Positions 56,801 to 64,000 of a stretch of 64,000 nucleotides of DNA are shown here, piece after piece. Numbering within the stretch: position 1 is the stretch's first letter; each line of letters starts with the position of its first letter. The translations under genes were made by a program, and so were the position numbers. The notes beneath the pieces are model-generated. The model ran no database searches. It saw only the letters and a list, made by a program, of their open reading frames with translations, and had not been told where the DNA came from. Source of the stretch: Eledone cirrhosa (Eukaryota). Location: positions 8,308,001 through 8,372,000 of the forward strand of contig OZ024748.1 of NCBI GenBank assembly GCA_964016885.1, written 5' to 3'.

Positions 56801-57228
56801 TTCCAGTCGCCCACTAACACTAAAGAGCGCGACGTTCCAAGAAAGGTCTCCAGACGCCGGAAGAAATCAGGCCGCCCTGCTCCTGTCGGGGCATAGACGG
56901 CCACTAGCCTGAAAGCTTGCCCGTCTCCGCTGGTCACGTCCAGCACCACCAGCTTACCCTCTGGGTCCAGGAAGATGGCCCGTATGGCGAGATCCAAACC
57001 TCTCCGAAAAAGCACAGCAACTCCTCCACCCGATCCAGGACGGCTGGGAGATGCGTACACATCGTAGCCGCCGAAGATCGGTGCGAAGGCCCGTGCTTCG
57101 GAGATTCTGGTCTCGCTGATGGCCACTACATCTATGTTTAGTGACCTGAGGTCGTTGAGCAGGTGACCCTGCTTCCATGACGACCCCAAGCCACGCGCAT
57201 TTATGCTGCCTATTCTGAGTGAGGTCAT
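53809..57228 (-). CDS. LINE ORF2 (EN-RT-ZnF), copy 6
   Basis: Intact 1139 aa; private GPVF->GPAF and FLDG->FLEG changes. Confidence 0.96.
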   Translation of the reverse strand: MTSLRIGSINARGLGSSWKQGHLLNDLRSLNIDVVAISETRISEARAFAPIFGGYDVYASPSRPGSGGGVAVLFRRGLDLAIRAIFLDPEGKLVVLDVTSGDGQAFRLVAVYAPTGAGRPDFFRRLETFLGTSRSLVLVGDWNGILDARWDCVGLADRGGGCKSLTNLLRRFELSDRYRLDFPNVPMWTWTNRIGSSRSYLDRVFCREIDRSSIGCPQFKIVSYTDHKFVICVLDLDRLHRRGPGYWKLNASLPARKAYRDRISELVKRALTGAIVNNKWWFALKRAIRIESIRFSKALAIEKNRAEGELVRKLDEALSKGIATDVLAAKLALDQFFNAKHEGCVVRARVRALRHEGTKAVQWARVAEARRGNKATIRSLVDHDGRMLLDPGQMCEAFQRHFAQLFGGSGGPGRGMDFSVYLDGLPRLSATEARCCEKPITAAEVREAMTGCTRGKSPGLDGLPYELYVQMPDLFGGLLADVYCNWQQNGRIPSSVSRGAVALLRKDPNKGDNIDNFRPITLLNTEFKILAKVLAKRLALVVGGLVGEAQTCAIPDRSIHDNLHLMRYIVERVAREPGTGGSLINLDQSKAFDRVDHRYLAAVLRAAGFGPAFRGWIAAMHSDICSVVRVNGHLSEPFNIMRSVRQGCPLSSLLYVLTLEPLLHKLETLRGVPRELGCGRSVSAYADDVTVVVSNAKHIEAIGTTLREYEAVTGAMINQEKSVGLQLGTWRGRSMPSNSVVGRWTDGPVKLLGVWFGPDLQTDKNWDEVTSRVASLTQKWAERKLSLKGRAEVANAYIASVICYRLTVVPCPKPRLTALERLLFRFLWKGRAPMVRRSICCQHPLRGGLGMPWLMMRRHALRLRHLHLFLEGDQVWSPFARRVFPQLVSLTELQSWVKRRPRGSAWRLECLQALTALDQSGNVIGGNSTSAFYRGLVEGKSDDVLGETLGVDENQLANLFGRTFGPGPMDNFQKSLAWQCYRGALPVRDKLYRHGGAVSRACPRCAQGDETVLHALVQCPKIADLWVYVEHLLSRLGRIQLSSESIVRIAPPSSFSREGQAVFICLVAMAKEIVWWTRLKGLKTSTYLFGDALIDFFKFHLKRKIRVEKEVLSSQHFVERWVREARMARVNGPTLSIYL

Positions 57229-57263
57229 GTTTAAAATAGAGTGGAAAAGATGGGAAAGACCAC

Positions 57264-59363
57264 TTACCGTATTTTTGGTAGAGGAGGGATGGTTTTTACA
57301 TCCCTTTTCACTTGATCGTCTGGTGAAGGGACCGTTGAATCGTCCCTTCGGCTGGTCGTCGGCTCTTCTAAGAGAATGTCTGAATATACTCTTCGATTAA
57401 TGGTTCCTCCTAGGTCCCTGAAATCACCAACTGCGTTGGGGAATTTCGTTTTAATGTTTGTGTATTGTTTCTGTGCTATTTTTAGCAGTCTTATGTTAGT
57501 TGGCGTTTTGATTGGTGCTGGTATTATGTAGTCCTGTTGTGAAATGTCTGTGTGTTCAATTATGTAAGTCATTAGTTTCTTGTTGTGTGTGTTTATTGCC
57601 GTGCATTTGTTTTTCTGGGGGTGGGGTGTGGTTCTGCTATTTTCTTGTCGTTGTTGCTGGGTGTGTGTGTTTTGTTGTTGTGTTTGCGATGTTGGTGCTT
57701 GTGGTGGTGGTGTTGAAGGTGTTGTTGGCGGTGGGGTTGTCGCCGGTGGTGATGGTGGTGCTGGTGTGGGTGGTGATGGTGTTGGTGGTGTTGCTGCTGT
57801 GGGTCTCTTTGCAGTAGACTTTACCCTTTTCTCATTTCTTTCCTCCCTTTTCAAAGGCGACGATGCGCTGCTTCTGCGTTTGTGCCTTCTTGAGACCTTT
57901 TGCCATCCCTCTCCCACCTCACACTCCATGTCTGATTCTGTAAGGTCGGGGAGGGGTACCAGCTCCACTCTTTCACTTGTTGTTGTTGGTGATGTTTGCA
58001 CTGGAGTCTCTGTTGCAGCTGCATTTGGTATTGCTGTTGTTGTTGTTAATATTTCCACTGCTGCTGCTGTCTTTGATTTCCGTGGAGTGGGTATGGGTGC
58101 CACGGACCTATCGTTCCTGGTTGCCGCTTGTCCTGTTGCTGGTAGCCGTGGAACCGGATTCGGGAGGAGGGGGGTTTTCTCCTTTCTCAGGGTCTTCTCG
58201 TTGCAGAAGGCCCTGAGGTGAGTCTTCGATCCACAGCGAAAGCATTTCGGGCGTTTGCCCTCAACACTTATGGGCAGTTGAGTGCCGTTATCGAAGTCTA
58301 TCACATCCGGGATAGCTTCGATGCACTCCTGGTTGGTTTGGATTAGCATCTCAATGGAGGAGCCGACCCAATCTTCTCTTACTTTTTTCTGTACTTGCAG
58401 TACAGTTGTTTTGTCCTCGATTCCGACGAGGACAGACGCGGCCAGCCAAGAAGGGGTCATTCCGGGGGGGACGTGGGTCAGTTTGACCCTCACAATTTTT
58501 TGCCCGCAGTAGGAGGGCACCAACACCATTTCCTCGCTCCTTAGGGTCACTACTGATTGGGCCTTTGCCTCCTGGGGTGTGGCAAAAAGTACGTCTACGG
58601 TGGCGTATTTTTTGCCTCGGGTGATGTGCGTTTTCCTCTGCCACACAGACCCCAAGGCTTTTTGTATTTGGGCCTCTGTGGCTCTTTCCACCCTACGGGA
58701 TTTTGTACTTACTGTACGGTACGTGACCGTACAGTGCTCTTGGGTTTCGAAAAAATTTTTCGCTGCCTTGCAGATTGCTCGGTGTCCGTTCTTTGTCACC
58801 ATCTTCTTCGCTTCCTCTAATTCCTCATTTGTTATGAGGATTGTTTCCAGGTTTTTCGCAATACCTGCAAATGAGATTGGTTTTTCTCTGCTGTTGTTGT
58901 TGTCGTCAGAGCTGCTGGTACTTTTGTTGTTGCTGCAGGTACTACGACTACTGCCTCCGCCGCTGTTGCTGTGGTTGTTGTTGGTGTTGCTGCTGCTAAT
59001 GCTGTTGTTGTTTATGCTGCTGGTGATGCTGTTGCGGCTGCTACTGTTGTTTTCATTGTCACTGTTGCTGTTGTTATTACGGCTGCTACTGCTATTATTC
59101 CTGACGTCAGACGAATGAATTGGGTTTTCGTATTTCCCGCACACCTGTTTCGTCGCTGTCGTCGTCGTCGTGGAGAAACCTTGCACGCTTTGCACGAGAC
59201 TTTTCTTTTCTTTCGTCGCTTGCGAAAGAGAAGGTAGGGAGAGAGACACATTTAAAGAAGGGAGGGAGAGAGACAATCTTCTCTCTCCTGTAGTGATGAT
59301 TGAGGAAGAAGAAGACGGAATGAGTGGGAGTGACGTATGAAATTTTTTTTTTTTGGTAGCCAT
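57264..59363 (-). CDS. LINE ORF1, copy 6
   Basis: Intact; CCHC knuckle. Confidence 0.9.
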   Translation of the reverse strand: MATKKKKFHTSLPLIPSSSSSIITTGERRLSLSLPSLNVSLSLPSLSQATKEKKSLVQSVQGFSTTTTTATKQVCGKYENPIHSSDVRNNSSSSRNNNSNSDNENNSSSRNSITSSINNNSISSSNTNNNHSNSGGGSSRSTCSNNKSTSSSDDNNNSREKPISFAGIAKNLETILITNEELEEAKKMVTKNGHRAICKAAKNFFETQEHCTVTYRTVSTKSRRVERATEAQIQKALGSVWQRKTHITRGKKYATVDVLFATPQEAKAQSVVTLRSEEMVLVPSYCGQKIVRVKLTHVPPGMTPSWLAASVLVGIEDKTTVLQVQKKVREDWVGSSIEMLIQTNQECIEAIPDVIDFDNGTQLPISVEGKRPKCFRCGSKTHLRAFCNEKTLRKEKTPLLPNPVPRLPATGQAATRNDRSVAPIPTPRKSKTAAAVEILTTTTAIPNAAATETPVQTSPTTTSERVELVPLPDLTESDMECEVGEGWQKVSRRHKRRSSASSPLKREERNEKRVKSTAKRPTAATPPTPSPPTPAPPSPPATTPPPTTPSTPPPQAPTSQTQQQNTHTQQQRQENSRTTPHPQKNKCTAINTHNKKLMTYIIEHTDISQQDYIIPAPIKTPTNIRLLKIAQKQYTNIKTKFPNAVGDFRDLGGTINRRVYSDILLEEPTTSRRDDSTVPSPDDQVKRDVKTIPPLPKIR

Positions 59364-59576
59364 GTTGTTTTGTTTAAAATGAAATTTTGGGTACAAAACC
59401 CCAATAACTGGCTATTTAACCCCGAAGGGCCAAATAACGGACAGAAAGACCCCTCTCACGAGGAGGAGGGTGTCTTTATCAACAATTTGGTTCAAGTTTT
59501 AAACAATTTACAATTGTTTTAACGGTTAAAAATTACTATACCTTACAGAGCCGAGCCTCCGTCAACCATGGCATTC

Positions 59577-59614
<38 letters not shown>

Positions 59615-59785
59615 TGATGAGAATAATAATAATAAAAACAGGCAAAACTGTGTGAAACAAATAAAGAGATTAACAAAGGGTGTATGAAGAAGAGACATTA
59701 CTGAGGGTTGAAAGAGGAGAGAAACTGTAGAATTGATGGAGGGGGAGGGGAGAAGAAGAAAAAATGACGAGGTTAAAGAATATCA

Positions 59786-59883
59786 AAGAAAAGAAAAGAA
59801 AAGAAAAGAAAAGAAAAGAAAAGAAAAGAAAAGAAAAGAAAAGAAAAGAAAAGAAAAGAAAAGAAAAGAAAAGAAAAGAAAAG

Positions 59884-59908
<25 letters not shown>
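59786..59908. repeat. (AAAAG)n microsatellite
   Basis: Direct inspection. Confidence 0.95.
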
Positions 59909-59914
<6 letters not shown>

Positions 59915-60131
59915 TATAAAGAAATTAAGCATAAAAAGTGTAATAAACAACAAAAAATGGAGAAGAATTAGAAGACAAAATCCGAAGAAGAATGATTGTA
60001 AAAAAATGGTAAAAAAAGGAAAAATAGAAGAAATTGAAGGAATAAAATAAGAAAAATAAGTTGGAATGACAAGAAGAAAAAATATGAAGAAAAAATATTG
60101 TAGAGATATGTAACGTGTGTTGTAACATTGA

Positions 60132-60379
60132 TATGTGTGTGTTTGTGTGTGTAGGAGTGTGTGTACGTGTAAGTGTGAGTGTGTTTACATGTGTGTTTAC
60201 GTGTGTGTGTATGTGTGTGTAAGTGTGAGTGTGTTTAGGTGTGTGTGTGTGTGTGTACGTGTGTGTAAGTGTAAGTGTATTTACGTGTGTGCATGTGTAT
60301 GGGTGACAGTTCGTGTGAGTGTGTGTGTGTGTGTGTGAGTGTTTGAGCGCATCACGCAAGCATTCCTGTGTGTGTGTGT

Positions 60380-60476
<97 letters not shown>
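60132..60476. repeat. (TG)n followed by (CA)n microsatellite
   Basis: Direct inspection. Confidence 0.9.
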
Positions 60477-60477
<1 letters not shown>

Positions 60478-60734
60478 CCATATATGGTAGTGCACCAACG
60501 CCAGAAAAAATAGCAGCATTACAATTAATATTTTGTTATTAGTTCAATCATTAAGTGGGAATATTTAAATCGATTTCTTCCTATGTCTGATCCTAATCGA
60601 TAAATAATGAACAATTTATGGGAGACGTCTCGTTCATTGATAATCCCTAATATATTTACAATGGTAGAGATTACTTATCTTTTGACCCCAATGGTGCAAC
60701 CCCAAACCGCCGTGCCGTAGGTCTTGAGCTCACC

Positions 60735-60895
60735 CCTCTTCCCCCTCTCTTCTGTGACCCTAGAGCCCACCACCCTCCCACTTCCCTCTCTCTTCTGTGA
60801 CCCTAGAGCCCACCCCTCCCTCTTCTCCCTCCCATTCTCCTGTGACCCTAGAGCCCCCCTCTCCCTCCTCTCTTCTGTGACCCTAGAGCCCTTGC
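60735..60895. repeat. Imperfect ~40-45 bp repeat, 4 copies
   Basis: CTGTGACCCTAGAGCCC x4 separated by pyrimidine tracts. Confidence 0.85.
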
Positions 60896-61046
60896 TTGCC
60901 CTTCCCTTCCCTTCATTTTCCGTCTCTAAATATCTGTAGTGTTGTTATTTGAAATAAAATTGTTTACGATTTTGAAATTTTTATTACTAAAACCTGTTTA
61001 GCTGAGAAATGTAGATTGTTGATAAGTTGATATAAACTTCACAGAC

Positions 61047-62075
61047 CGGGCTGTATGAGATATGGCTCATCATCAGGTGGGCTGCATGAGATATGGCTCA
61101 TCATCAGGTGGGCTGCATGAGATATGGCTCATCATCAGGCGGGCTGCATGAGATATTGCTCATCATCAGGCGGGCTGCATGAGATATTGCTCATCATCAG
61201 GCGGGCTGTATGAGATATTGCTCATCATCAGGCGGGCTGTATGAGATATGGCTCATCATCAGGAGGGCTGTATGAGATATGGCTCATCATCAGGCGGGCT
61301 GCATGAGATATGGCTCATCATCAGGCGGGCCACATGAGATATGGCTCATCATCAGGTGGGTTGCATGAGATATGGCTCATCATCAGGCGGGCTGTATGAG
61401 ATATGGCTCATCATCAGGCGGGCTGCATGAGATATGGCTCATCATCAGGCGGGCTGTATGAGATATGGCTCATCATCAGGCGGGCTGTATGAGATATTGC
61501 TCATCATCAGGCGGGCTGTATGAGATATGGTTCATCATCAGGCGGGCTGTATGAGATATGGCTCATCATCAGGTGGGCTGCATGAGATATGGCTCATCAT
61601 CAGGTGGGTTGCATGAGATATGGCTCATCATCAGGCGGGCTGTATGAGATATGGCTCATCATCAGGCGGGCTGTATGAGATATGGCTCATCATCAGGCGG
61701 GCTGTATGAGATATTGCTCATCATCAGGCGGGCTGTATGAGATATGGCTCATCATCAGGCGGGCTGCATGAGATATGGCTCATCATCAGGCGGGCCGCAT
61801 GAGATATGGCTCATCATCAGGCGGGCTGTATGAGATATTGCTCATCATCAGGCGGGCTGTATGAGATATGGCTCATCATCAGGCGGGCTGCATGAGATAT
61901 GGCTCATCATCAGGCGGGCTGTATGAGATATGGCTCATCATCAGGCGGGCCGCATGAGATATGGCTCATCATCAGGCGGGCTGTATGAGATATTGCTCAT
62001 CATCAGGCGGGCTGTATGAGATATTGCTCATCATCAGGTGGGCTGCATGAGATATGGCTCATCATCAGGCGGGCC
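61047..62075. repeat. 31-bp minisatellite, ~33 copies
   Basis: GGGCTG(C/T)ATGAGATAT(G/T)GCTCATCATCAGG(C/T). Confidence 0.96.
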
Positions 62076-62277
62076 TCAAGCGCTAATTTACATTCGTGCT
62101 GCCCACATTAAAAAAAGGGCGGTAACTCAGGTTGTTTTGATTTGTTTCTTCAGAATTCGTACACGTTGTTTTCCTCGATCGTAAAAATGATAGAAAGATA
62201 AATTACGACTGAAAAGTTAGGGTAAAAAAAATCAGAAAGTTTTCACTTAGGTGACCTAGGTGAGTCATTCAGGAAGC

Positions 62278-62310
62278 TTCGCGGGCCGCAGGTTGCCAAT
62301 GACTGCTCTA
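62278..62310 (-). mobile_element. Possible hAT-type DNA transposon terminus
   Basis: Minus strand TAGAG-CAGTCATTGGCAACCTGCGGCCCGCG resembles hAT/Charlie-type ends; partner end not identified. Confidence 0.4.
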
Positions 62311-62599
62311 TACCATATACTATAGAGGATATGTTTAAATGACAATATTTGTAGCAATATGCAGTATATGGTAGAGATTACTTATCGTTTGACCCTTAAC
62401 TCTTTATAAAGTTGTAGGGACGCCGTAGGGACAGACACTATTTCTTGGCCTATTTTTAAACCTGGCGGAGTCCAGTTCCTCTCCATGATATTTCTTCCAA
62501 TGAAGAAGAGAGAGAGAGAGAGAGAGAGAGAGAATGTAAAGGAATAATGGACCCCAGTATTGGACTGGTACTTTTTTAGCTTCCTCGAAAGGACAAAAA

Positions 62600-62697
62600 G
62601 GATAAAATAAAATACCAGTAACGTATTGGGGACGATTTAATCGACTTTACCCTCCCCCCAAATTTCTGGCCTTGTGCCTAAATTATAAATCATTATT
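62600..62697 (+). mobile_element. 3' half of the same SINE family, preceded by an inverted degenerate central-domain fragment (~62550-62600)
   Basis: GATAAAATAAAATACCAG...GATTTAATCGAC...CTGGCCTTGTGCCTAAATTATAAATCATTATT. Confidence 0.7.
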
Positions 62698-64000
62698 GTT
62701 TTCTAACTTGAAGTTTCTATTCTTCGTAGTTCTACTTAAAGTCACATTGCTTGGTTTGATTACCTGAATAACTTTCCACAGGTTTCCCTAATTTCTATGA
62801 TGTAAATATAAAGAGAAATGACCAACTTTATCTTATAAACGAAACCTTTAAAGAATTCAACAAGAGACACCTTTCGCTGCTTTGTAGCTGCCCTTATTTT
62901 TCACATTTCCAAATATTATTTATGTTTCTTTTGCGTACTGTTGGCCTCCTCTATTCATTTATTTTATCCCTCTCTATCTTGTTTTTGTTTCTTAACTGTA
63001 AAGGGCACTAGATACCTCCACTAGACAGTCAATGCTTACCAGTTCCATACGGAAGTTTTAAATTGATTCAATATATAAACAAATATACTAATACAGTATT
63101 TGTCGATAAATTCAACGGATTTAATTCAGAGAAATTCTTCCTTCAATGCCAAACAGACACAAACATATTTTTCCATGAAACATTTTCTTTATGAAGCATT
63201 GAAGAAAGTTAAATATGATTTACCTAGTGTCAGCCAACAACTCCGCCAGTTGAGAACAATCGATATATTCTCTTGCATCTAATCGTTAATAATATCAGGT
63301 TTTTGAACATTCATTTCCCAACGACCAACTTTTAAGTCGAACCCATTATTATCACTCTAATATAATATATATATTTTTTCTGTGTTCTCACACAATCAAG
63401 TTGTAGACCTTTAGCGAACAATGCGACGAAATGCTAACACACTAGCTTTTCTTGGAATCTTTCTTAAATTTCATCTTACGTTATGTATCATCTGCAGGAA
63501 TTAATGAAAGAAACCTTCTGCAAAGTAAGAGAGAAAAAGAAAAAAAGACTTCTTCAGCTAAAGAGTCTCATAGAAGTTAATGACGAAAACGAATAATATA
63601 AAAAAAAAAAAAAGATAAAAAAGTAAAAAAATAAAAATGAATATAAGGAAAATACAACAGCAACAACAGCAACAACAACATCAGCAACAAAAGACTAGAA
63701 AAACAGACTAACTTCAAAGTGTAATTTACTTCGTATAGAAATCATCAAATATTTCCGTTAAGAAGTGCCTTTTTCTTGTGTGTCTTTTTACATTTACCAG
63801 TATAAGGAATCCTGAAAATCTATCATTAATTTCTAGCAAAAATCATTTTCACTTGTTCTTTCAAATCCTTATTTCACTCAGCTGACATCTTTTTCTTCTC
63901 TTTCTTTCTTTCGTTTTTGTTTCATTTCTCTTCCTTTTTCTTCTTTTTTTGTCCATTGATATAAGAGACGGCTAAGATAAAGATTTAGAGAAAAACACGT

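Larger units (their letters stand above)
53547..59576 (-). mobile_element. Full-length Tx1/L1-type LINE, copy 6
   Basis: Same termini; (AAT)12 junction at 53511-53546; right flank (AAT)12-GATGATGAG-(AAT)4. Confidence 0.95.
23158..59633 (-). repeat. Tandem head-to-tail array of six full-length Tx1/L1-type LINEs embedded in an (AAT)n microsatellite
   Basis: Six ~6.06-6.08 kb periods, each starting GATTTCTTTATTAACC and ending CCATGGCATTC on the + strand, separated only by (AAT)n tracts. Confidence 0.97.

Noticed and set aside
59733-60050. Lys/Glu/Arg-rich 105-aa ORF
   Set aside because: Translation of the (AAAAG)n microsatellite.
61047-62075. Minus-strand CTGATGA followed by a hairpin in every 31-bp unit, suggesting tandem hammerhead ribozymes
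   Set aside because: The obligatory GAAA after stem II and a stem III/cleavage triplet are absent.

Overview
AT-rich, microsatellite-dense animal genomic DNA. The repeat landscape and SINE types suggest a cephalopod such as Octopus, but that is inference. The dominant feature is a ~36.4 kb head-to-tail array (23158-59633, minus strand) of six full-length, near-identical, fully intact two-ORF non-LTR retrotransposons of the L1/Tx1 type. ORF1 has a CCHC knuckle; ORF2 has APE endonuclease, RT and a C-terminal zinc finger. Each copy is 6030-6031 bp with identical 5' and 3' ends, and copies are joined only by (AAT)n tracts. The array sits inside a host (AAT)n microsatellite. Diagnostic SNPs alternate between odd and even copies, copies are mosaic, and the right-flank variant GATGATGAG recurs at an internal junction. 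Nearby tRNA-type SINEs share the LINE's 3'-terminal motif and (ATT)n tail and also stack head-to-tail, suggesting a LINE/SINE partner system tied to AAT repeats. The flanks hold several hairpin-rich minisatellites, RTE-like and Penelope-like remnants, and only weak hints of host exons or promoters.
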